A stretch of DNA of 64,000 nucleotides, from contig NC_086108.1 in the NCBI RefSeq assembly GCF_963921235.1, positions 88,724,001 through 88,788,000 on the forward strand, given 5' to 3'. This document shows, in pieces, positions 51,245-63,342 of the stretch. A program made the position numbers and the translations under genes. This DNA is from Mobula hypostoma (Eukaryota). The stretch's first letter is position 1, and each line of letters opens with the position of its first letter. Below the pieces are notes generated by a model, which saw nothing but the letters and a program-made list of their open reading frames with translations, was not told where the DNA came from and made no database searches.

Positions 51245-51500
51245 AAGCAGGGAGGAACATGGTGTATTTAATATTTCATTAATGTTTGAGTAATATTGTA
51301 AATCTGTTGTTTGAGCACCCTTTGCTTAAATAATTCATTATGGGTTATACTTAAAAGTATGCAAATGGCATGTGTTATCATGCCACCATGTCATGTGTGT
51401 GTAACTCGCTAAAATTAAAATGAAATGAGACATTAGTTATCCTTGGCTCATCCATGTTTTTTTCTCTTTCGATTAATTTCTAGAGTTACAAAACATAACA
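51245..51500 (+). mobile_element. Possible Gypsy-type LTR preceded by a polypurine tract
   Basis: aagcagggagga, then TG...ATAACA. Confidence 0.35.
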
Positions 51501-52735
51501 TTTGTAACATAGAAAAGATGTGTCATTTACCAGGAAGAAGGAAGAGTACAAAGTTATTGCAAGTTATTTACATAAAGTAACAGTAAAAATCCTTGTATGA
51601 TACCCAGAGCAACTGTATCTGACAATATGTTACACTTCTGTCTTAATTCAGTACATTTATTCTTCTGGCCAAAACCAAATGGCAGCTTCCTTTGGCAAAG
51701 CCTCCAAGCAGATAAGGGGTTTACACATGAAGTAATCTTAGATTAAGTGTCCAAGGAAATGTGAAGGCTTTCACTAACTGCTATTGTATGATACAGTTTA
51801 TGACAAGATAGATTTGGTTTCATAGCATATTGAACTAACCTGAAGAATGTTATTACAAAAACAGTAATACAACCATAATATTGCGGCCTTGTGGTACTTC
51901 CCCTTGGGGTTCTGAAAGTACTTTTCAGAATAAAACAGCAACTTTATAGCATATTGTCTTCTCAGGCATTTCACTAACACAAGTCTTGAATGTACATTAC
52001 CTTGACTGTAAGCAAGAGGACTAAGTAAAATGGCATTACTGAAATGTGCCACTAGTTTGTTCTAGGGTGGCACTGGTGAATCTCGGTGACATTCTGTGGG
52101 GCTATGTACAAAACTTCTAAATATTCCTCTTTTGAATTACTCTCATTAATCTGCAGCATGTATTTTGAACTAATTTCATTCACAGATTCTGTCTCAACAT
52201 CTATCAAACAAATACAGTACCTAGCAATATAGCCATCCATGGTTTCCTCCTAAACCTTTTCACTACAGTAGAAAACTGTCTGTTCTAGTTTTATCTGTGT
52301 CAGAAGACATAAGACCTTTGTCAACTATAGAACCTTATATCTACTAAATAGTTAATTAACGGGGTGTTTGGGGTGTCAAGGGAGGGATAGCACCTCTGGT
52401 GAAAGGGCTTGCTGTGTCCAGTTTGGGGCAGCTCAGTCACCTTTGGTCCCCACCAGGTACCTAGGTCTCACCTGTGGTTCCAAGTAGCTGTCTGCACGTA
52501 ACAGCGGCCACACCTTTGTACACTGCTTCTACAGGCGGGCTGTAGCCTTATACCCTGGTGAAATGGAGACATGCATATCCTAGCATGCAAAGTCAGCTCC
52601 AGTGGACCGTGCAGATGAGATCTACAGTGAGGTTCAATGGCCAGGAAAGTAGTACTGCAACACTCCATGGAGAGTGAAGGGTATGCCAAGGTACAGGAGA
52701 TGTCATGGTCATCCACTGCAACTAAGGAAGATCCC

Positions 52736-53614
52736 AAACACGAGGAAATCTGCAGATGCTGGAATTTCAAGCAACACACATAAAAGTTGCTGGTGAATGC
52801 AGCAGGCCAGGCAGCATCTCTAGGAAGAGGTACGTCCTGACGTTTCGGGCTGAGACCCTTTGTCAGGACTAACTGAAGGAAGAGCTAGTAAGAGATTTGA
52901 AAGTGGGAGGGGGAGCGGGAGATCCGAAATGATAGGAGAAGACAGGAGGGGGAGGGATGGAGCCAAGAGCTAGACAGTTGATTGGCAAAAGGGATATGAG
53001 AGGATCATGGGACAGGAGGCCTAGGGAGAAAGAAAAGGGGGAGGGGGGAAAAACCCAGAGGATGCACAAGGGGTATAGTGAGAAGGACGGAGGGAGAAAA
53101 AGGAGAGAGAGAAAAAGAATGTGTGTATATAAATAAATAATGGATGGGGTATGAGGGGGAGGTGGGGCTAGCCTCCAACCTGATGGCATAAACATTGACT
53201 TCTCAAACTTCCTTTAATGCCCCACCTCCCCCTCGTACTCCATCCGTTATTTATTTATATACACACATTCTTTTTCTCTCTCTCTCCTTTTTCTCCCTCT
53301 GTTCCCCTCACTATACCCCTTGCCCATCCTCTGGGTTCCCCCCCTCCCCCTTTTCTTTCTCCCTAGGCCTCCTGTCCCATGATCCTCTCATATCCCTTTT
53401 GCCAATCAACTGTCCAGCTCTTGGCTCCATCCCTCCCCCTCCTGTCTTCTCCTATCATTTTGGATCTCCCCCTCCCCCTCCCACTTTCAAATCTTTTACT
53501 AGCTCTTCTTTCAGTTAGTCCTGACGAAGGGTCTCGGCCTGAAACGTCAACTGTACCTCTTCCTAGAGATGCTGCCTGGCCTGCTGCATTCACCAGCAAC
53601 TTTTATGTGTGTTG
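52736..53614. mobile_element. Head-to-head inverted pair of Penelope pLTRs with TSD, inserted into another repeat (~52361-53765)
   Basis: ~400-bp inverted arms; TAAGGAAGATC at 52723-52733 and 53615-53625. Confidence 0.88.
53517..53552 (+). ncRNA. Minimal hammerhead motif (core intact, one stem I mismatch)
   Basis: AGUC-CUGACGA-AGGGUCUCGGCCU-GAAA-CGUC^AACU. Confidence 0.65.
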
Positions 53615-54099
53615 TAAGGAAGATCGCAGCTTTTGATGACTGACATACCACTGGAGACTGGACCTGAACGTCCGAGGTCAAGAGAGTGGAACTTCCCCGG
53701 TGCAACAGCTTTTTCATTTTAAAAACTCTCCCACACAGGATTCCTGTCATCATTGGACACAATGGACAACTACCAGTTCATTTATAAACTCCTTCCTGGC
53801 TTCTATTTCAGTCAACGATGCAAATGATTGTTTTTCTTTGGACACTCTCCACCTATCTTCAACAACTGCTAAGTCAATGGTATTTATCTTTTACCTCAAC
53901 ATTCTTTCCAACTTCAAGGTTCAAAAACGTGGTGTCACTTCCCAAATCTGTGCTCGTTTTTATTATAACTTCATTCGAATCCTCCCACAGCACAAAATGC
54001 TACTTGATTCGTAAAAATATGCTCTTAGTTTTCTGTCACTATATTACATGACTTCTCCTCATCCTCTCCATCGTTTTGACAACCACATTATTTTTTTTT

Positions 54100-54400
54100 C
54101 AACAGCACAGAAACAGGCCCTTTGCCCCATTTAGTCTGTGCCAAACTTTCACCCACCTGCACCTGGACCATAGCTCTCCTTACCCCTCTGATCCATGTAC
54201 TTATCCAAATTTCTATTAAGCGTTGAAATTGAACTTGCATACAGCACTTCTACCGGCAGCTCATTCAACACTCTCACCTCCCCGAGCGAAGAAGTATCCT
54301 CTCACATTCCCCTTAAAAACTTCCTCTTTCACCCTTATCCTAGGATCTCTAGTTCTAGTTTCACCGAACCCAAGTGGAAAAGGCCTGCTTGCATTTACTG
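54100..54400 (-). mobile_element. CR1 3' end
   Basis: Resembles the CR1 tail at 40780-41100. Confidence 0.65.
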
Positions 54401-54974
54401 CTCAGTTCTTGTTTTCTGTTTTACTGGGACAGGCTTTGGCTGGCTCCATTCTTACTTGTCAAAGCTCTTCCTGTCGATCTGTGATAGCACATTCAGACAG
54501 TTATAGGGTCTTTCCTCATGGTTGTATCACAGTGCACATTCAATAGTTAACCTCAGGGATGGCTGGAAATCTAAAATATTATTGTAAGATATGCAGGATT
54601 TAAACTCGTAGACAAGATGGCGTGTCACTCTAATCTGCAGAAATCTACCTTCTCCAGTGTGGTGGAAAATATACATACAGCCGCAAATGTACACACCTAA
54701 GATTTTGTAGATGCAGAAATTCCAGAGCAACACACAAAAAATGCTGGAGGAATTCAGCAGGTCAGGGAGCATCAATGGAGAGAAATAAATGGTCAACGTT
54801 TTGGGCCAAGACAATTCATCAGGATAGTTCTGATAAAAGTTCTCAGTACAGATGTACGTGCACCATTGCCTCCAGTATTAATAATGACAGAGATGCTTCA
54901 GACCCAAAATTAACCGCTGCCAAATAGTTAACTTTCCTTTGCCCACTATGGTGTGAGCTTGGACATCTAAGTTG

Positions 54975-55772
54975 CAAAACGGCGACTCTTTTGCTTGCAT
55001 CTTCCAGAAACAGTTCTATTTCCATCTTTAATACCTCTATTTTTCCCTTTCAGGGCTCTTTTGAAGACCCTGACCTGGAGTTACACACTGACTTTGCTTC
55101 CTTGCAGTAATGGGACACCCTCTCCTGGTGTCATGACTGTCTGTTATTCGACAGGCTAAGGTGCGGCCCAAGAGTTCAGCTCGCCTTTAGAGGCCTAGGA
55201 TCCTGGGGCTCTGGAGATGGGCAGATCTAAGGTTGGTGTCCCGGACTGGTGTGTCATGGGAACTGGAAGATCTTTGGCTGTGTGCCCAGAGACCTGAGCT
55301 CTTTGGGCACAGAGTTTGGAAAAAGCAATGCAATGCACTTTTAACATTGTAAACCAGTGAGCTGTTCGTTCTGTCTCCTCTCTCACTGTGAAATGGAGAC
55401 ATCTCTTTCTCTCTTATTAGGGAGAGAGAGAGAGAGAGAACCTGTGGTATGTCGAAACCCGGGTGAATGCATAGTCTTTGGGGTACTGCAAGTCTATGTC
55501 TTTGCTGTTGCTTTGCTGCACACTTGAGTGCTCGGTGGTGGGAACTGATGCTTGTTTTTGCTGGTGGGGGGGGGAATTGTTGCTTGCTGCCACATACGCG
55601 CGGGAGGGAAGGGAACTGGGGGGAGACTTTGGGGTTCTAACATTTAACTGTCATTCATTCTTTGGGGCACTCCTCTGTTTTCGTGATTGGTTGCGAAGAA
55701 AAAGCATTTCAGGAAGTACAGTATATTGTATACATTTCTCTGATATTAAATGTACCTTTGAAACCTTTGAAA
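54975..55772 (+). mobile_element. Non-autonomous LINE/SINE-like repeat
   Basis: ATTAAA followed by a (CCTTTGAA)n tail; no ORF. Confidence 0.4.
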
Positions 55773-57639
55773 TCCTCTACCTCTCTTGACATTATTGCTG
55801 GCTTTCTACCATCTGATATGCAGTCTGTATCCTGTAGCTGAAAAATGGGAACAGCACATCCAGATATTGTATATCCTTGAAACAGCCACTATCAAGTTCC
55901 CATCAGTCTAACCCTAAATTAGATTGGTTGTACACCTGATATAACAAGTGACACGGAAGAGAATCTGTGCCTTATGTGCTCTCTCTTTCAACTTCTTTCA
56001 CCTATAAATCCAGTTGCTGTAATGCATTGTACATAATATTGAATAAAAGTCAGATTTCTAGATCATGAATCCAAAGGCATGAGGAATTCAAATCCCACCA
56101 TGGCAACTGCACAACTTAAATTGAAGTAATCAAACAGAGAAATAGAACATAATCTTAGCAAAGGTAATCAAAAAAAAAACACTAGTTTCTTGTAAAAAAA
56201 AAAATCTAGTTTACCTCAGGGAAGAAATTGACCTTTCACATCTGATCAGACCCACTAATGCAAATGATTTTAGACTGCATCTACAGTACTGGGAAAGTAC
56301 AGTAAGCGATTCATAATGATGCCAGCATTAATAGCGTTGTCTATAGGCATTGAATGCCTAAATAAAAACTTCACCTGCCTCTGGTACTGACTTAGCTACA
56401 GTGCCCTTGAAATTCTAAATCATGTTTTTAGTCACATCAAGGTGTAATGACCTAAAATTATGTTGGGTAATATTTGTTTTTCAGTTCCTACATGACATGA
56501 GGCACTGAAAATAGCAGATTAACACTGATCATATTGAATAAGAACAAACTTGTTTATTAATCCAACTCTAAGATGACTTTTCTCCTAGGCAGTCAACATC
56601 AATGCTGTAATGGGAAAATAGCTTCACAGGTATCTGTACTACGTTGGTGTAGAAGGAAGAATGTATCACGTCATTAAAGTCAATTACAATTGTTGACAAC
56701 ATATGACTTCTAGCTTCCTACCATCAGTCCATTTTCCCAGATGTGCCTTCATCATAATTGCATCCCTTTATCTTCTATAGACTTCAGGTCATCCAGATTT
56801 CTACTACTTATCAGAATCAGGTTCACTATCACTGACCCATGTCATGAAATTTATTGTTTTGTGGCAGCAGTTCAGTGCAATACATAAAATATACTATAAA
56901 TTCCCAACTACCGTGAGCAAAATCAGGCTGTGAATATAAAAATATGCTTGACAAATAGCCTAGTTGTTCACTGAATCATCGATTCTTGCAGTACTGGAGG
57001 GCATTGAGCTACAGTTTTGGAACAGTACCTTGTTTTTTTCTCTGCATTTCATCAAAACAGAGATCATGGGGGGAGGCCATTTGGTGTGTTGTGTCCACAT
57101 GAGAGAACAAAGCTGTTAGTTGACTCACACTTCATGGTCCCCTTGTCTAGGTTCTTCAAGTGCTCATGCAGATATCTTTTAAATGCCATAGCACTTACAA
57201 TTTTTCATATTCAAACATTTAAACAATTTTTAATAATAATTATGGGCTTTGCATTCAAAATCATCTCTGACAGTGTGCTCTAAATCATAGCAACCTAGAT
57301 TAATAAATAAATTTGATATCTATTTGGTCCTTTTAAACAAGTGTATTAAATATATTCTCTGTTGATGCCTACACATTGATCAGAAGTAGAAGTTTTCATT
57401 ATAGACCTGAGCTAAATACTAAATTTCAGATCATCATTTCCCATGAGCTTATATGAAAAGAACCCTATTTTTTTATATAATTTTCTCCAAATAGAAGTGT
57501 CTCATCAACAAGATTTTAGTAAACCTGTTCACTATCTTCTGGTGAATTTAGTATTATTTATATTAATAAGATCTCCATGTACCAATCCATTTCAATTTAA
57601 CTTCCCCTTCTCATTCCAACATGTCTGTCCATGTCTCTT

Positions 57640-58170
57640 TGACTGACATGATGAGACCAAACACGGGCTGAAGGAGCAGCACCTCATATTCTGACTGGGT
57701 AGTCTCCACTTAACGGTATGAACAATGATTTCTCTAACTTCCGGCAATTTCTCCCCCTTCTTTCTCTATTTTGCCATTCCCCATTCTGGTTACCCTTTTA
57801 CCTCTTTTCTTCTCGTCACCTGCCCATTCACCTAACTCTGGTTCTCCATCTCCTTTCATTCTTCAATGGTCCACTGTCTCTCAAATAAAATTCCTTCTTT
57901 TTCATCCCTTTACCTTTTCCACCTATCCCTTCCCATCTTTTCACTTTGTTCCCCCTCACTTGGTTTCACCTATGACCTACCAGCTTGCATGCCTTCTCCT
58001 TTCCCCATCTTCCTCTTCTGGCTTCGTCCCCCTTCTTTTCCCGTCCTGATAAATGAAGCCCAAAACATCAACTGTTTATTCCCCTCCATAGATGTTGCCT
58101 GATTTGCTGAGTTCCTCCAGTATTTCGTGTGTGTTGCTCAAGATTTCCAGCATCTGCAGAATCTCTTGCA
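57640..58170 (+). mobile_element. Older Penelope 3' end (GIY-YIG tail plus pLTR)
   Basis: LKEQHLIF*LGSL..GMN; pyrimidine-rich pLTR with a decayed hammerhead. Confidence 0.7.
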
Positions 58171-58180
58171 TTTAATAATA

Positions 58181-61142
58181 TCAAGCAACACACATCAAAG
58201 TTGCTGGTGAACGCAGCAGGCCAGGCAGCATCTCTAGGAAGAGGTACAGTCGACATTTCGGGCTGAGACCCTTTGTCAGGACTAACTGAAGGAAGAGCTA
58301 GTAAGAGATTTGAAAGTGGGAGGGGGAGGGGGAGATGCAAAATGATAGGAGAAGACAGGAGGGGGAGGGATGGAGCCAAGAGCTGGACAGTTGATTGGCA
58401 AAAGGGATATGAGAGGATCATGGGACAGGAGGCCTAGGGAGAAAGAAAGGGGGGAGGGGGGAAGAACTCAGAGGATGGGCAAGGGGTATAGTCAGATGGA
58501 CAGAGGGAGAAGAAGGAGAGAAAGAAAAAGAATGTGTGTATATAAATAAATAATGGATGGGGTACGAGGGGGAGGTGGGGCATTAGCAGAACTTTGAGAA
58601 GTCACTGTTCATGCCATCAGGTTGGAGGCTACCCAGACGGAATATAAGGTGTTGTTCCTCTAACCTGAGTGTGGCTTCATCTTTACAGTAGAGGAGGCTG
58701 TGGATAGACATATCAGAATGGGAATGGGACGTGGAATTAAAATGTGTGGCCACTGGGAGATCCTGCTTTCTCTGGTGTACAGAGCATAGATGTTCAGCGA
58801 AACAATCTCCCAGTCTGTGTTGGGTCTTGCCAATATATAGAACAGGGGTCCCCAACCTTTATCGCACTGCAGACTGTTTCATATTGACAACCTTCTTGCA
58901 GACTGGCCGACCGGCCGGTGGGGGGAGGAGGGGTAGGGTTGCCAACAGACAAGAGTAGCAGTCAAAACGTTGCGTTTACCCCGTGAAAGACTACAATGAC
59001 CATGAAGCCTTGCGCGGGCACCAATACGCAAATGCCGATTTTTTTCTGCTTATTGTTTTTGGCAATTCTGTTCGGCGGGGGGGGGGGGTGTTAATCACTA
59101 CCGCAATATAGGTGACAAGTGGCTAATACACTCAATTTCATTTCTCAAAGGGTTTATCTAACGAATTTAATATTAAACACACAGCGCATATTTTTTCTCG
59201 CATGAATATAGCGATAAGTCAATTATCAGGGGAGGACAGGGGAGTTTGAAGTAAGTGTTGAACGAACTTCCAATAGAAGTGGTAGAGGCAGGTTCGATAT
59301 TATCATTTAATGAAAAATTGGGTAGGTATATGGACAGGAAAGGAATGGAGGGTTATGGGCTGAGTGCAGGTCGGTGGGACAAGGTGAGAGTAGCGTTTGG
59401 CACGGACTAGAAGGGCCGAGATGGCCTGTTTCCATGCTGTAATTGTTTTATGGTTATATAAGTCAATAGCATCATAACATTTTAAGTAACGTTTGGATAT
59501 TAAACACACAGCACATATTTTCCCCGTATGAACATATAAAATCATTGCAACACACCAATATCGCTGAATCAGTGGGAGCGCTGGGCTTGTTTTCCTGCAA
59601 CAAGGTGGTCCTCTCGAGGGGTGATGGGAGACAGCGATACTCGAACGGGGTTCCTCATGTCCAGTCTATTCCGCAATTTAGTTTTCGTTGCATTCATTGC
59701 AGAGATATGTTGGAATGTTGAAAATGGAAGCAACGTCTGCAGTGCTTTCGTGGCTATCTCAGGATAGTCAGCCTCGACTTTGATCCGGAATGCCGGCAGA
59801 GATGTTATGTCGAACATACTTTTTAGCCCGCCGTCATTTGCAAGCTCGAGGAGTTGATCTCCTTCCCGCGCTGACATGGATGACGCGCAGGTCATGACCT
59901 CGCGTGTGTTCAAGCTCAACAGTGGCCGTGACAGGGAATGAGGGAAGGTGCAGCTGACTCCTACCGCCAAATCATATTGTTCCCTCATGGCCCGGTAGCA
60001 CATGCCTTGCGGCCTGGTACCAGTCCGCGGCCCGGTGGTTGGGGACCGCTGATATAGAAGGCTATATCGGGAGCACTGGACGCAGTACATCACCCCAGCC
60101 GACTCACAGGTGAAGTGTCGCCTCACCTAGAAGGACTGTCTGGGGCCCTGAATGGTGGTGAGGGAGGAAGTGTAAGGGCATGTGTAGCACTTGTTCCACT
60201 TACGAGGATAAGTGCCAGGAGGGAGATCGGTGGGGAGGGATGGGGGGGACGAATGGACAAGGGAGTCGTGTAGGGAGTGATCCCTGCGGAATGCAGAGAG
60301 AGGGGGGGAGGGAAAGATGTGCTTAGTGGTGGGATCATGTTGGAGGTGGCGGAAGTTACGGAGAATAATATGTTGGACCCGGAGGCTGGGGGGGTGGTAG
60401 GTGAGGACAAGGGGAACCCTATTCCTAGTGGGGTGGCGGGAGGATGGAGTGACAGCAGATGTGCGTGAAATGGGGAAGATGCGTTTGAGAGCAGAGTTGA
60501 TGGTGAAGGAAGGGAAGTCCCTTTCTTTAAAAAAGGAGGACACCTCCCTTGTCCTGGAATGAAAAGCCTCATCCTGAGAGCAGATGCAGCGGAGACGGAG
60601 GAATTGCGAGAAGGGGATGGCATTTTTGCAAGTGACAGGGTGAGAGGAGGAATAGTCCAGATAGCTGTGAGAGTCAGTAGACTTATAGTAGACATCAATA
60701 GGTAAACTGTCTCCAGAGGTAGAGACAGAAAGATCTAGAAAGGGGAAGGAGGTGTCAGAAACGGACCAGGTAAACTTGAGGGCAGGGTGAAAGTTGGAGG
60801 CAAAGTTAATGAAGTCAACGAACTCAGCATGCGTGCAGGAAGCAGCGCCAATGCAGTCGTCGATGTAGTGAAGGAAAAGTGGGGGACAGATACCAGAACA
60901 GGTTTGGAACATAGATTGTTCCACAAAGAAAACAAAAAGGCAGGCATAGGTAGTACCCATGCGGGTGCCCATAGCTACACCTTTAGTTTGGAGGAAGTGG
61001 GAGGAGCCAAAGGAGAAATTATTAAGAATAAGGACTAATTCCGCTAGACGGAGCAGAGTGGTGGTAGAGGGGAACTGGGTAGGTCTGGAATCCAAAAAGA
61101 AGCAGAAAGCTTTGAGACCTTCCTGATGGGGGATGGAAGTAT
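58181..61142 (-). mobile_element. Penelope-like retroelement: RT + GIY-YIG endonuclease + pLTR, 5'-truncated
   Basis: GVAMGTRMG, LHYIDD and YYKSTDSHSYL (60127-61095); GVMYCVQC...LLY|IGKTQHRLGDCFAEH; RLEEQHLIFRLGSLQPDGMN. Confidence 0.93.
58843..60051 (-). mobile_element. hAT (Charlie/Buster-like) non-autonomous transposon inside the PLE endonuclease
   Basis: TIRs CAGGGGTCCCCAACC / CAGCGGTCCCCAACC; 8-bp TSD ATATAGAA; dimerization-domain remnant YPEIATKALQTLLPF...KTKLRNRL. Confidence 0.92.
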
Positions 61143-61396
61143 ATAGTATAATAAAATCATCTCCTTTTTAAAATTAGCACCCAATTACCCATACACTTTT
61201 AATAAATGTATGAGTGAATTCCAAATCACTCTTCTTTCATACAATACTTTGTAGAGAAGGGTAGTAGCTTTTCAGCAAAAAAGCATATGTTTTAACGCTG
61301 TTGACATTCTTTTGATCTGTAGTCATTTTCTAATATGAAGGTCAATGCTCAAACAGCTAATGCAAATGTGAAAAAAATACAGTATTGCCAACTTAC

Positions 61397-61423
61397 CTTC
61401 AAATTGTATTCCCTACTTATCAG
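61397..61423 (-). CDS. Candidate 27-nt microexon (LISREYNLK) of the MISP/AKAP2-like gene
   Basis: ttttttttgtag acceptor and AAG|GTAAGT donor; phase 0/0. Confidence 0.5.
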
Positions 61424-61611
61424 CTACAAAAAAAATCATAAATCTATAACCCATAATCTAATTTCTAAGATTAAGTTGCATGCATTTAACAAATAATACA
61501 GACACTATTGGTAAAGAGTCCTACCCTTAAATTAAGGAATTCCTTCCAAATTATACAAAGATTTACCATTTCCTTAGTTTAAAATTGTATTACATTTTTG
61601 GTGTAACTTAC

Positions 61612-61649
61612 CAGGAAGTTTCTAAACATCAGCCAAACTGAAATCATTT
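61612..61649 (-). CDS. Candidate 38-nt exon (E)MISVWLMFRNFL
   Basis: tttttgttctgtcag acceptor and CTG|GTAAGT donor; ATG at 61647 is in frame with the downstream exons. Confidence 0.45.
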
Positions 61650-61790
61650 CTGACAGAACAAAAATTGTGCTAGAGAAGTTGTTGAACAATGAAAAAAAAT
61701 CTTGTCAAGGGCAAAAAAAGCTCATCCCTTTTTGTATTTATAGTTATCGATCTGAGCCATCAGTAAACAAAAGAGATGAGATGCTAACTG

Positions 61791-62428
61791 ACACACTGAT
61801 AGAACTCCAATAAGCTATTCTTGACACGCGTCCTTGAATGTTGCTTTGTATTATTATAGAATGATGCAATGAGAGACGAGGTGAGAAAATGTATTAATCT
61901 CTCAGTTATTAAAGAAAGCCAGCTGATATTTAATACATCCTTTTTAACCACAATAATATTCAAAGGATAGATTTGCAGAACAATACCATAGATGAAAGGT
62001 TTCTCTGGAGACACAGAATTATTGGGAACTAATTTTATGCATATCCTGAACACAGATAATGAATGGCCAACTAACTGAATTTGCATGCAAGAATTTGGGT
62101 GCAGTGTTATCATGCCTTAGACAGTTTTATCATTTTTAAAAAATATACATGAAGTTTCAAGGATAATATATTTTAGTAAGAACCAAATTATAGTTATGTA
62201 GGTGAAAATCAAAAAGTTGCAGGTGCTGGAAATGTGAACTCACTTCTGAGCAATGAGTAACTTTCTCTCAACAGCACATGTGGAAGTCTTACCATAATCT
62301 AGTGTTTCATGGTGATTTGCAACACACTGATAGAACTCCAGTAAGCTACTCCTGATATGCGTCCTTGAATGGTCCTTTGTATTATTATAGAAAGATACAT
62401 GAGAGATGAGGTGAGAAAATGTATTAAT
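61791..62428 (+). repeat. Diverged ~107-bp direct repeat (61791-61898 and 62322-62428)
   Basis: acacactgatagaactcc...gaggtgagaaaatgtattaat occurs twice. Confidence 0.9.
62293..62374 (-). other. Candidate upstream 82-nt exon (5' UTR or coding DHSRTHIRSSLLEFYQCVANHHETLDY)
   Basis: Pyrimidine tract ...tacaaag acceptor and ATG|GTAAGA donor; the phase-1 end joins the next exon in frame. Confidence 0.35.
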
Positions 62429-63169
62429 ACATTAATTTAAATGTATTAATTTAACAGTTCTTAACAAGTAACCATTTATACTATCTATCAAGTTCAATGT
62501 TGAAGTATTGTTGCCTAAGAACATATTAAAATACGTATTTATTTTTAATTTATGACTAATAATCTCCAAACGCACAGAAAGATGATCTCCCACTCCATGG
62601 TAACACAACAAAAAAGAAGTGTTTGCATCAGCTTTTTCTCTTCCCTTTAAGCCCACCTCCTCCATTTCTGAAACATTCGTTCTGCATGTTTTTAGTGGGC
62701 TTTCCTCTCTTTTCTCATCGCCAGCCTCCCTAAGACCTGCAGCTTCAACATCTGCATTGCAGGGGGATCTCCCTGGCCACGTAACTGAAAATGGAGAAGG
62801 CTGCACTACTGGACAGTATGGGCTGGAATGGGTTTATTACACAGCCTGGAGCAGGCTGTGAGGCCAGAGAGAATTATTACCCAATTAACCAGGTGTGCGG
62901 TGAGAGGAACAGGGTGCTTGACAATGGGCAGAGTAAATATGACAACTGCACATGGACCCAAACTTGTAGCAAACACCAGGAGGGAAGTTGCTTACTGTAA
63001 TGAGATGTTAGAGATTAAAGTTTTCTTAAACTAGTGCAAGCTATCCCTGAGTTAGGAATACCCAATTTAAGGACACCTAAACATAGGAACAAGCTCCGAT
63101 AATACTAAATCCAGTGTTTGTTCCTATGAGCAGAAGTAGTTTTCTCACTCCACTTTTTAGCAAATGTTA

Positions 63170-63342
63170 CATAGAAACATAGAAACATAGAAAATAGGTG
63201 CAGGAGTAGGCCATTCGGCCCTTCGAGCCTGCACCGCCATTCAGTATGATCATGGCTGATCATCCAACTCAGAACCCTGTACCAGCCTTCCCTCCATACC
63301 CCCTGATCTCTTTAGCCACAAGGGGCATATCTAACTCCCTCA
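63170..63342 (-). mobile_element. Short CR1 3' tail, same young subfamily as 44568-45337
   Basis: Near-identical (ATAGAAAC)n tail and 3' UTR. Confidence 0.85.

Noticed and set aside
59569..60126. 185-aa ORF as a novel fusion gene
   Set aside because: Artefact of a hAT insertion into the Penelope endonuclease, defined by TSD and TIRs
62432..62806. ORF with MEEVGLKGREKA resembling the PALMD N-terminus
   Set aside because: Superficial match; no donor at the expected place and no other paralemmin exons in the window
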